Shown: piece by piece, positions 39,221 to 47,523 of the stretch | How positions within the stretch are numbered: position 1 is the stretch's first letter | How the letters are laid out: every line of letters starts with the position of its first letter | Assembly: GCA_963745075.1 (NCBI GenBank) | Contig: CAVUWV010000034.1 | Coordinates: 65,227 to 129,226 of the forward strand | Direction: 5' to 3' | DNA length: 64,000 nucleotides | Source: Candidatus Hydrogenedentota bacterium | GTDB taxonomy: Bacteria > Hydrogenedentota > Hydrogenedentia > Hydrogenedentales > SLHB01 | Position numbers and translations under genes: made by a program | The notes under the pieces: generated by a model | What the model saw: only the letters and a program-made list of their open reading frames with translations | Database searches by the model: none | Told to the model about the DNA's origin: nothing

Positions 39221-40798
39221 TCACTTTGGCTCGGTTTTGTCGAGCGTCCATATCGTGAGATTTGTGAGGTCGCGCTTCGGTTTCGGCAGGAAACTGGCGA
39301 AGGCGTAGCCCACCACGAACATGACCACGTTTCCGAATATCCCCGCGTAGTACACGTCGACAGGTAGCGTCAGCCACGAGGGCACGTGCCCTGCGGCGAC
39401 GAGCGCCATGTACGCCGACCAGATGATGGTAAAGAGAATGGCCATCGCTGCTGCGAGCCCGTCGCCACGTGTGGTCATAAAACCCAGCAAGTACAGTCCG
39501 AACAGACCGCCGGCCATGATTCCCGCCATGGTCAAGGCCGTGTCCTGCAAGGTCTGTCCCGGCATGACTATCAGAACCCAGGCGCCCGCGATCATGAAGA
39601 CTGACGCGGCGACGGCGACTACACGCGCCGCGCGCAGGTAATGTGCTTCACTGCGGTCCGGGGCAAACCACCGGCGGTAGAAGTCGGTGATGGATACCGT
39701 AGAGATCGCGTTGATGCTGGAGTCGAGCGATGACATGGCCGCCGCGGCTACGGCCGCCAGCACCAATCCGGAAATCCCAGGCGGAAGATTCGTGACGATG
39801 AAGTAAGGGAAGATCTTCTCGGGTTTAGTGCCTTTAGCGCCAGCGAGAATCGCGCTGGGTTCCGCTGCGGGGAATTGATGGTAATACGCGTAAAGGGCCG
39901 TGCCGAGAAACATGAAATAGACCCAGAGCGGCACCATCATGAGGGCATTGATGAAGATGGCGCGGCGGGCGTCCTTCATACTGCGTGCCGCACAATAGCG
40001 TTGGACCGTGTTTTGATCGCACGCGTGCTCGCCGAGGAACGCGGACAGTCCAACAAACAGCATCATGAGTCCCGTCTTACGCGAGATCGAAAAGTCCCAG
40101 GACGGCGGTGCGAGGGTGCCATCCGGAAGCACTTCGGCGAAGGCGAATTTGTGAGCGGCATGGCCAATCGAGAGGATCTCGTGGAAGCCGTCTGGCAGCG
40201 CCCATACAATCTTGACCAGGCAGAGCAGTCCGCCGCCCACCAGGATGACCGTCTGGATGACATCCGTCCAGATGACCGCCTCGATACCGCCGGCAACGGT
40301 ATAGAACGACACGAAGAACCCGCCAAGCAGCACGGCCGCCCAAGGTGGGAGCCCGGTAAGCTCGGCCACCACGATGGATAAGAGGTAGAGAATGATGGCG
40401 ATGCGTACGAGTTGCCCCGCCAGCATCGTGAAGGCGCCGTAGATCCGCATCGAGGGGCCGAAGCGCTGTTCGAGGTACTGGAACGCAGAGGTGGCCATGG
40501 TTCGCCGGTAGAAAGGCATGAACACGAAAGCGCCCATAATCGCGGATACGGGGTACATGAAACCCGGCAAGAGTCGCAGCCAGGTCGTCTTGAATGCGTC
40601 GGCGGGGTAGGCGAGAAACGAGATCGAGCTGATGCCCGTGCCGATCATCGAAAATGCGATGACCCATCCCGGAAAGTTGCGATTTCCCAGAAAGTATTCT
40701 TCGGTGTTCTTGTTCTTCCTCGCGAAATACAGTCCGAAAAGGCTGATCCCCACGAAGTACAGGCCGAGGACCAGCAGGTCGAGAATTCGGATGTGCAT
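39221..40798 (-). CDS. Sodium:solute symporter
   Basis: EYFLGNR, ISSISFL, GGIEAVIWTD, DQNTVQRY, AAMSSLDSSIN. Confidence 0.93.
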   Translation of the reverse strand: MHIRILDLLVLGLYFVGISLFGLYFARKNKNTEEYFLGNRNFPGWVIAFSMIGTGISSISFLAYPADAFKTTWLRLLPGFMYPVSAIMGAFVFMPFYRRTMATSAFQYLEQRFGPSMRIYGAFTMLAGQLVRIAIILYLLSIVVAELTGLPPWAAVLLGGFFVSFYTVAGGIEAVIWTDVIQTVILVGGGLLCLVKIVWALPDGFHEILSIGHAAHKFAFAEVLPDGTLAPPSWDFSISRKTGLMMLFVGLSAFLGEHACDQNTVQRYCAARSMKDARRAIFINALMMVPLWVYFMFLGTALYAYYHQFPAAEPSAILAGAKGTKPEKIFPYFIVTNLPPGISGLVLAAVAAAAMSSLDSSINAISTVSITDFYRRWFAPDRSEAHYLRAARVVAVAASVFMIAGAWVLIVMPGQTLQDTALTMAGIMAGGLFGLYLLGFMTTRGDGLAAAMAILFTIIWSAYMALVAAGHVPSWLTLPVDVYYAGIFGNVVMFVVGYAFASFLPKPKRDLTNLTIWTLDKTEPK

Positions 40799-41061
40799 AC
40801 CGCGCTCCCCCTTCCGCCACGGACACCGCGCCCGTCTGAACTACACTGTTCGGGCGGTAGAGTCAAGCCGGCGGGGTCTCGAATTCGTGAGCGGTACGCG
40901 CCTGTAGATAGGCAGCGAAGGCACTTTGCCCCTTATAGCGGGCGAATTACGGACGTATATCCCGGCGCGGGGACGGACGAGCGACGAAGCCGCGGGAAAG
41001 CGTGTATGGCCAATTCACCGTTACAAATACCCGCCGGGCGACGCCAGGTGTTCGACGGCGT

Positions 41062-42426
41062 TCACTTTGTGCCCGACTGCGCGAGCAAGGACTCCACCGC
41101 CTGGTCGAGTTTTGCGCCACGCAAATCGCGGGCTTGTATCACGCCATCGCCGTCAATCAATAGAGCAAATGGGATCGCCTCGACCCCGTACGCTTGCGCG
41201 ATTTTGCCCTGCCAGCTCTTGCCGTCAAAAAGGATCGGCCACGTCACGCCTTCGTGTTCTTTGAGGAATGCGGTCAGATCATCTTTCGAATTGTCGAGGC
41301 TGATTCCGATGATTTCGAGACCTTTGTCCCGGTACTTTTCAAAGGTCTTGACGACGTTTGGCAGTTCCGCAACGCAGGGGCCGCACCAGGTTGCCCAGAA
41401 GTCAAGCAGCACAACCTTGCCCTTGTAATCCGCCAATTTCAGTTCGGATCCGTCCAACCGCACGCCGCTGAAATCGGGCACCGTATCGCCCACTTGAAAC
41501 TTCTGGTTATACTTGCTCCCGGCGGACTCGCGCATCGAGCCAATCGCGTCGAAAAATGACTCCTTCTTCGTCGCGTCCGCGGGCACAGCATAGCTGAAGT
41601 CATCTTCGGTGAGTTGGGGGTTCAATTCCACATCCGTATACACTTCCCCCATCAGAATGTCCATATCCTTCATCGCAGCGGCCGTTGCTTTCGCCGCTTC
41701 CGCGGCTTCGTCTGCAAGCGCCTCCCCTTCCTCGCCGCCGCCTAGACCTTCGGCGGAATCTTTAATCTTCTTCTCGTCGAATACTTGGTCTGCGTCGGGG
41801 CTATTCTCACCGCCCATGGCGTATTGGTGCTTGAGGAGGATGTGACGATCTTTCGATATCCACAGGGTGTGAGCCTTGGAAACGCTGGACGAGGCCGTGA
41901 CAACGTGGCACGCTTCGTTGCCAAGGGTTTCCTCGCCGCTATACTGATAGTCCTTCAACATCGTCAGGACGCCCGGCGCGAATCCGTCGGTGCCGGCAAA
42001 GAACAGGGACGGCATCGTATTGGCGGCGCCGGTGGAAACCCCTGTCGCGGCCGCAATGGCCATTGTATTGTCACTCATCGGTGTATAGACATTGCCCGAA
42101 CCCATGAACAGAAACGGACCGTCGCCCGCGTTCCACACGGCGCCCGACGGCATCATGGGCATCTCGTCTTTCGGCTTCCAGGACACGAGGAATTTGTCCG
42201 GCCGGCCCAGACGCATGGTGAACGAGTTCCTCATCTTAAAATTGCCCTGGGCCATTTTCATGTCCGCGAAGGCTTCGCCGCTAACCCGCAGCGTATCGAG
42301 GGATTGATAGGCCTCGAGGGCCTGGTCGACAATGGCCTTGGGGTCCGGTTTCGCATCCTGGCCAAAGATTCCGGTCGTGCAGAAGAGTGCAAATATACAT
42401 GCGGTCGCAGCCAGTCTGGAAATCAT
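41062..42426 (-). CDS. Exported TlpA-like thioredoxin with N-terminal DUF2092/LolA-like domain
   Basis: Signal peptide; GKVVLLDFWATWCGPC, GISLD, YGVEAIP. Confidence 0.85.
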   Translation of the reverse strand: MISRLAATACIFALFCTTGIFGQDAKPDPKAIVDQALEAYQSLDTLRVSGEAFADMKMAQGNFKMRNSFTMRLGRPDKFLVSWKPKDEMPMMPSGAVWNAGDGPFLFMGSGNVYTPMSDNTMAIAAATGVSTGAANTMPSLFFAGTDGFAPGVLTMLKDYQYSGEETLGNEACHVVTASSSVSKAHTLWISKDRHILLKHQYAMGGENSPDADQVFDEKKIKDSAEGLGGGEEGEALADEAAEAAKATAAAMKDMDILMGEVYTDVELNPQLTEDDFSYAVPADATKKESFFDAIGSMRESAGSKYNQKFQVGDTVPDFSGVRLDGSELKLADYKGKVVLLDFWATWCGPCVAELPNVVKTFEKYRDKGLEIIGISLDNSKDDLTAFLKEHEGVTWPILFDGKSWQGKIAQAYGVEAIPFALLIDGDGVIQARDLRGAKLDQAVESLLAQSGTK

Positions 42427-42554
42427 CTTCGTTCTCCCATTGGTTCCGACACTGGAGGCGGTGGGGGTGGTTATGGGGTGCGCTGTGTGCGCTTTGCTCC
42501 GATCATAGGACACTCTTGGGAGTTTGTCAATGCGACGGCCGCCAGGCCGGCCCG

Positions 42555-43214
42555 TCATCCGAGATGCATGATCTGCTCGAACCCTTCCTTGCCGAGCAAC
42601 GCCAATCCACCATAGAACGCGACCGTCAACGAGATCGACGCATACCCTGCGACGATGAAGTAGCCGTCCCGCTCCAAGAGACCCAGGGCGATCAGGAAGA
42701 TCGGTATCGCCGCCATCATGTTCGCGAAAAGGACCGGCAAGGGAATGAGTACGAGCAAGGAAAGCAAAAAGATCGTGGCAGCATGGATGCGTATCACGTG
42801 GGTGTTTCCGCTGAGCACTTCGATCCGGGGGTGGAGCAGGCGCTCCAAGCGGCCCAGCGTGCGCAACAACCGAGTGCACACGGATTCGAGGCGGGCATAG
42901 GGGATACGCCGCTCCCGGAGCCGTTTGGGTATCCAAGGCGGTTTTCCGATGAACAGGAAGGCCGCCACAAATGCGACCACCGGTCCCAACGGTATCGTTA
43001 TCGGCAGGCACATGGGGAAGGATAGAAAGACCAGGAGCATGGCGTGGGTCCGGCGGGGGAAGGACCGGAGAATGGTTCCGAACGCCATCGCTTGCCCGTC
43101 GGCCTTCGCGAGCAGAGCGCGAATTTCCACGGAGAGAGGCACCGGCAGGTCCTCTTCCTCTTCCGGCTTGGCCAGTTTCACTTCCTCGGACTTGTCGTGT
43201 TCTACGTCACCCAT
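42555..43214 (-). CDS. exoD: ExoD-family membrane protein
   Basis: PWIPKRL, RLERLLHPR, PLP..N, GLLERDG. Confidence 0.8.
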   Translation of the reverse strand: MGDVEHDKSEEVKLAKPEEEEDLPVPLSVEIRALLAKADGQAMAFGTILRSFPRRTHAMLLVFLSFPMCLPITIPLGPVVAFVAAFLFIGKPPWIPKRLRERRIPYARLESVCTRLLRTLGRLERLLHPRIEVLSGNTHVIRIHAATIFLLSLLVLIPLPVLFANMMAAIPIFLIALGLLERDGYFIVAGYASISLTVAFYGGLALLGKEGFEQIMHLG

Positions 43215-43342
43215 ATCTGGGATACGACCTCAAACCGAGTCTTGCTGGAATCGGGAAGTCACGGATGTTCAAGCACATAGACACTATTCTGACTCGTGGG
43301 CCCGGCCGGAAACAAGGGGAGCGGGGCGGGGACGAAAACAAC

Positions 43343-43376
43343 TAGCTTGTAATGCATTGTACCTTGTGATATATTT
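43343..43376 (+). promoter_or_regulatory. padR promoter with overlapping tandem operator-like repeats
   Basis: TTGTAA-N17-TATATT overlapped by TAGCTTGTAATGCATTG and TACCTTGTGATATATTT (12/17 identical). Confidence 0.55.
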
Positions 43377-43397
43377 TCATCGAGAGGAGTGTGGCGC

Positions 43398-43766
43398 ATG
43401 GCCAGTGGCGACGAACCTGTCGACATCGACAATTGGACAACCCAGTTGCGGAAAGGGTTGCTCGAATTGTGCATCGTCAACCTGTTGGCGAAGGGGGAAT
43501 TGTATGGCTATGACCTCGTCAAACAACTCGCCCGGATTCGGGGGCTTGTGGTTACGGAAGGCACCATCTACCCGCTCCTGTCCCGGTTGCGCAAGATGGG
43601 GATCGTATCGACCCAGCTCGTGGAATCGCCGTCCGGACCCGCGCGCCGTTATTACTCGTTGACGTCCGGCGGCAAACGGCTGCGGGCGACCATGAACGCG
43701 TATTGGGGGGAACTCATGCGGGGTATCGAAGAGCTACTCGAAGAAAGTGAGGCGGACCATGGCTGA
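43398..43766 (+). CDS. PadR-family (subfamily 2) transcriptional regulator
   Basis: TQLRKGLLELCI, YGYDL, EGTIYPLLSRL, ESPSGPARRYYSLT. Confidence 0.93.
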   Translation: MASGDEPVDIDNWTTQLRKGLLELCIVNLLAKGELYGYDLVKQLARIRGLVVTEGTIYPLLSRLRKMGIVSTQLVESPSGPARRYYSLTSGGKRLRATMNAYWGELMRGIEELLEESEADHG

Positions 43767-44577
43767 ATGGACATCGGAAGCACAGGACTATCTCGACGGC
43801 TACCTGCGGCAAGTGAGCGCTTTGGCGCGAGGGCAGGGCGACGACGCGGACGACATCGTTGCGGGATTGCGGGAGCACATCGCCAACGAGGTGGAGGCCG
43901 AGGCGGGGACACTCGTCACGCTGGACGCCTTGCGCAAGACGATTGCCGCCGTGGGCACGCCTGAGCAGGTGGTCAGTCCCGACTTTAGTCTTTCGGCTGC
44001 AACGGAACGTGCAAGGCAGGCGAAGCCGATCGGCGTCGCCCACCCCGAGCCGCGGCATCGCCATAGCGGATGCGCCATAGCCGCGCTGATAGCCTTGGTG
44101 GTGACGGTGCTTGCCGCCATCGCAGTGCCGCTCTTACTTCTCGGGCTCACCTTCGTATCGTACCGCGCTGTGGAAGTCGTTCCCGCCACGGAAGTCGATC
44201 CCCATACGGGTTATGAGATGGCTGTTATCGACAAGATGAAAGCAATCGCCACCGCCGAACAGGATTTTAGGAGAAACGATGCGTTGGATGCCGATGGTGA
44301 CGGAACATCGGACTACGGCACATTGCAGGAGTTGGATGCCGTAACACCGCTTGGTCTTGAGACGAATGAGCGAGGTGAGTTTCTTCTTGACGGATACTTG
44401 TTCCGGGTCCATGTCACACCCAGTGGCGATCCGGGCGGGCCTGCGTTCCTCTGCAGCGTGCGTCCACCGTTCGAAGAAATCGCGGTGAAACAATGGGCTG
44501 AGATCGACCAGACGGGGGAAATCCGCATGACCGAGCCGCCGATCGCGGCGGTTGAAAGTGAGGGAAATGATGGCTGA
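43759..44577 (+). CDS. HAAS/DUF1700-like membrane protein with pilin-like extracytoplasmic domain
   Basis: YL..V..L...DDIVAGLREHI..GTPEQV N-domain; TM helix; KMKAIATAEQDF..DADGDGTSDYGTLQEL..DGYLF. Confidence 0.72.
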   Translation: MAEWTSEAQDYLDGYLRQVSALARGQGDDADDIVAGLREHIANEVEAEAGTLVTLDALRKTIAAVGTPEQVVSPDFSLSAATERARQAKPIGVAHPEPRHRHSGCAIAALIALVVTVLAAIAVPLLLLGLTFVSYRAVEVVPATEVDPHTGYEMAVIDKMKAIATAEQDFRRNDALDADGDGTSDYGTLQELDAVTPLGLETNERGEFLLDGYLFRVHVTPSGDPGGPAFLCSVRPPFEEIAVKQWAEIDQTGEIRMTEPPIAAVESEGNDG

Positions 44578-45631
44578 GTGGACATCGGATGCAAAAGAGT
44601 ATCTGGAAGGCTATCTGCGCCAAGTCGCTGCCTTGGCGAGAAGCCAGGGGGACGACGGAGACGACATCGCCGCGGGTCTCCGCGAACACATCACGAATGA
44701 AGTCGAGGCGGACGCGACGAACCTCGTAACGGTCGAGCATATTCGGAAGCTCATCGCTTCGTTAGGCACGCCGGAGCAGGTTGTAAGTCCGGATTTCACG
44801 CTGGCGGCCCGGGAGCGCAAGGAGAGCGGGGAAAGACAGGCACCGCCGCCACCGCGCCGCGAGCCGCCGATCGTCGTCAACGTACCACGGGAGAAAGCCA
44901 GATCGGGCTGTAGCACCGCTGCGCTCACGATACTCCTTCTCGCCATAGCGCTGCCGATTCTAATCGCGATTCTCGGCACTCTAACAGCGATACTGCTTCC
45001 GGCCGTGTCCCGTGCCCGCGAAGCGGCCCGGCGCGCGAGTTGCCAGGGCAATCTGAAACAGGTCGCCATGGTGTGCGGACTATTCGCTCGAGACCATGAC
45101 GGCATGTATCCGGATCTGTCGGCGACGCCCGGAGAATTCTGCATGGAACCCACGGAGATCTATCCGAAATACCTGAAAGAACCGCTTGTACTGACCTGTC
45201 CAAGCGATGCAACCCCGCCGGACTCGTCGGGCACAATCGACGAGCGCCTGGACGATGCCAGCTACTTCTACCTGGGCTACGTGGTCACGAACGACGTTGA
45301 AGCCCACGCGTTCATCGATGCGTATCAGAAAGCGGTGGCCGAGGACGCGAGGTTCAGCGGGGACTTGCCGGTTTCACCGGGTTTTGGCTCGGACGGTTCA
45401 AACAAACTACTTCATCTGCGAGATTTCACAAGTGCCGATGAGTCGCTGCCGAAGCCATTGCCGTCCCCGGCTGAGATTCCGGTGATGATCGATCGCGAGG
45501 ATAACCACATTCCGGGCGGAATCAATGTGCTGTATTTGGACGGCCATGTCGAGTTCGTGAAGATGGGTACCAAGTTTCCCGCGGAACGGTGGTTTCTGGA
45601 CGAGTTGGCACAAATCAGCGGAGACGGGTAA
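44570..45631 (+). CDS. HAAS/DUF1700-like membrane protein with DUF1559 and H-X9-DG domain
   Basis: Same N-domain; AILLPAVSRAREAARRASCQGNLKQ, LTCPSD, HIPGGINVLYLDGHVEF. Confidence 0.8.
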   Translation: MAEWTSDAKEYLEGYLRQVAALARSQGDDGDDIAAGLREHITNEVEADATNLVTVEHIRKLIASLGTPEQVVSPDFTLAARERKESGERQAPPPPRREPPIVVNVPREKARSGCSTAALTILLLAIALPILIAILGTLTAILLPAVSRAREAARRASCQGNLKQVAMVCGLFARDHDGMYPDLSATPGEFCMEPTEIYPKYLKEPLVLTCPSDATPPDSSGTIDERLDDASYFYLGYVVTNDVEAHAFIDAYQKAVAEDARFSGDLPVSPGFGSDGSNKLLHLRDFTSADESLPKPLPSPAEIPVMIDREDNHIPGGINVLYLDGHVEFVKMGTKFPAERWFLDELAQISGDG

Positions 45632-45640
45632 CATCCCCGG

Positions 45641-46543
45641 ATGCCAGGATTTGAATGCACGATTCGTCTGAACCATGACCCCGGCTGGGCCGTCCGATCC
45701 CATGGATGGCCGTCGCTTGCGCCGCACAGCCGAAATGAGAATGGGATTCGCTGGATCGCCGGCCTGCCGTCGGGCACGGCGGTTCCAGCGACCGTCCAAT
45801 GGCGGCGGGGAAGCCGTACACTGCGAGGAATCGTTGCCGGTTCGGTTTCGGCGCGAGACGGCGATGCCATCGAAGGCGCGGTCCGGCGCATGTTTTGGGC
45901 GTCGGAGGATTTTCAATCCTTTTGGAAGCAGTGCGCGTCGCACCCGGTCCTGAAACGCTGCGCCCAGGAACGCGCCGGAGCCATGTTTCGATCGGCGACG
46001 CTCTACGAAGACGTAGTCAAGACGATCTGCACCACCAACTGCACCTGGTGCAATACGAAACGGATGGTTGGCGAGTTGTGCCGCCTTCTCGGTGAACCGG
46101 TGGACAACACAATCGGTCCGGTTGACGACGGCGAATCCCGCCACGCGTTCCCGACTATCGAAGCCGTCGCCCGTGCCCGCCGCCCAACCCTCCTCAAAGC
46201 CGGACTCGGTTACCGGGCGGACTACATCCGCGACCTTAGCCGCGCCGTCCTGGATGGCACGATCGATCTTCACGCCTGGGAAACCGAACGCGACACAACA
46301 AGACTTCGCCACGACCTGCTCGCGGTCAAAGGCATCGGCCCTTACGCCGCCAACCACATGCTCATGCTACTCGGCCATTACGATTTCATTCCCTGCGACA
46401 GCGTCGCCCGCGATTTTCTCGGGCTGCCCACAACCACCCCCGCCCGCGAAGTCGACCGGGCCATGCACGCCCGCTACGAACCCTGGGGGAGGTATGCTGC
46501 GCTCGCCTACATGTTGGAACGGGTGCTCGTGTGGGACCTGTAG
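45641..46543 (+). CDS. HhH-GPD DNA glycosylase (AlkA/Ogg-like)
   Basis: EDVVKTICTTN, FPT, GLGYRA, LLAVKGIGPYAA, IPCD. Confidence 0.85.
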   Translation: MPGFECTIRLNHDPGWAVRSHGWPSLAPHSRNENGIRWIAGLPSGTAVPATVQWRRGSRTLRGIVAGSVSARDGDAIEGAVRRMFWASEDFQSFWKQCASHPVLKRCAQERAGAMFRSATLYEDVVKTICTTNCTWCNTKRMVGELCRLLGEPVDNTIGPVDDGESRHAFPTIEAVARARRPTLLKAGLGYRADYIRDLSRAVLDGTIDLHAWETERDTTRLRHDLLAVKGIGPYAANHMLMLLGHYDFIPCDSVARDFLGLPTTTPAREVDRAMHARYEPWGRYAALAYMLERVLVWDL

Positions 46544-46633
46544 GTCGCGCGATTGCTGGTGCTTATTGCCAGCCCGTGCTATTCTAGTGGTGGATTAACG
46601 CCAGTCTCGTCGGGCGAAAGGTGATTGTGGTCC

Positions 46634-46921
46634 ATGCCGATCATGAAGAAGTATCCGGGGCAGTTCGAGGCTATCCTATCCGTGTTAAGCCTTGGCGCGA
46701 TGGTCGTGATCCCTCTGATCTTTTCAAGACTTCGCTCCCCATTCCAGTATCATTACGTAATGATACTGTCCTTCATTATCTTCTGGGTTCTTTCCTGGGG
46801 TTCCGCCATTTCGGCCGTACGGAATGGAGCAGGACGAGGAAAAGTGTTGGGATTCTTGGCGCTCGTCTTGGTCGTGATCTTCAACGTGTTGCTTGCGATG
46901 GTCTCGGTGGCGGCAGTCTGA
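46634..46921 (+). CDS. Small 3-TM hypothetical protein
   Basis: Three hydrophobic helices; similar to the next gene (SAVRNGAGRGKVLG). Confidence 0.65.
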   Translation: MPIMKKYPGQFEAILSVLSLGAMVVIPLIFSRLRSPFQYHYVMILSFIIFWVLSWGSAISAVRNGAGRGKVLGFLALVLVVIFNVLLAMVSVAAV

Positions 46922-46938
46922 AGACGAGGTAAGTTCGC

Positions 46939-47244
46939 GTGAGACTTCATCCCGAAGATTGGAAGCGAGAGCTGTGGGCGTCACTGGAGGCGTGTGTTTC
47001 GTTTGGACTCCTGGCTTCATTCATTTACATCATTACCGGATTTTCAACTCGTGGGATGCCAATATGGAAGATCCAATTGACGAACTTCGGGCACCTTGTC
47101 CTATTCGCCTTCTCATTCGGGTTTGCGTTGTCGGCGTGCCGGTAAGGCAAGGGTCTCGGAAGGTTGCTGGGCGTGCTTATGCTGATCGTGCTTACCTACT
47201 TGTTGATCCTTATTGGCCAGGTGCACAGCATGGGGCGGATTTGA
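46939..47244 (+). pseudogene. Paralogous small 3-TM protein with in-frame TAA at 47143-47145
   Basis: GAGGT SD. Reads SACR*GKGLGRLLGVLMLIV and stays in frame to TGA at 47242-47244. Confidence 0.6.
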
Positions 47245-47376
47245 TACGCCGCTAAAGGAGACGACTTAACGCCCGATTTGCCACGCTGCCAAAGATGATG
47301 GAGCGTAAGATTTGGCACACCGATCCTACACTGTAAATTTGTCTCCAGCCGGTTACAAACTCACTCTTCTAATCTC

Positions 47377-47404
47377 CTCCAGCCTCCGGTCTCCGGACTC
47401 CAGC
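47377..47404. repeat. Heptamer tandem repeat (CTCCRGN)4
   Basis: ctccagc ctccggt ctccgga ctccagc. Confidence 0.7.
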
Positions 47405-47523
47405 CTTCTTCACAATCTACAATCAAAAGGGTGTATACTGCCCGTAGGCAGTAACCAATCCGGTCGCGCGTTCTGCGGGGCCGGTTGGCGGGGCGGGGGC
47501 CCTGCCGAAAGGGGGGTAATACC

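Noticed and set aside
47143..47145. Stop-codon recoding in the 3-TM paralogue
   Set aside because: The codon is TAA, which ends other genes here and is not a Sec or Pyl codon; mutation or sequencing error is simpler.
47312..47328. Second sigma54 promoter (TTGGCAC)
   Set aside because: No TTGC at the -12 position.
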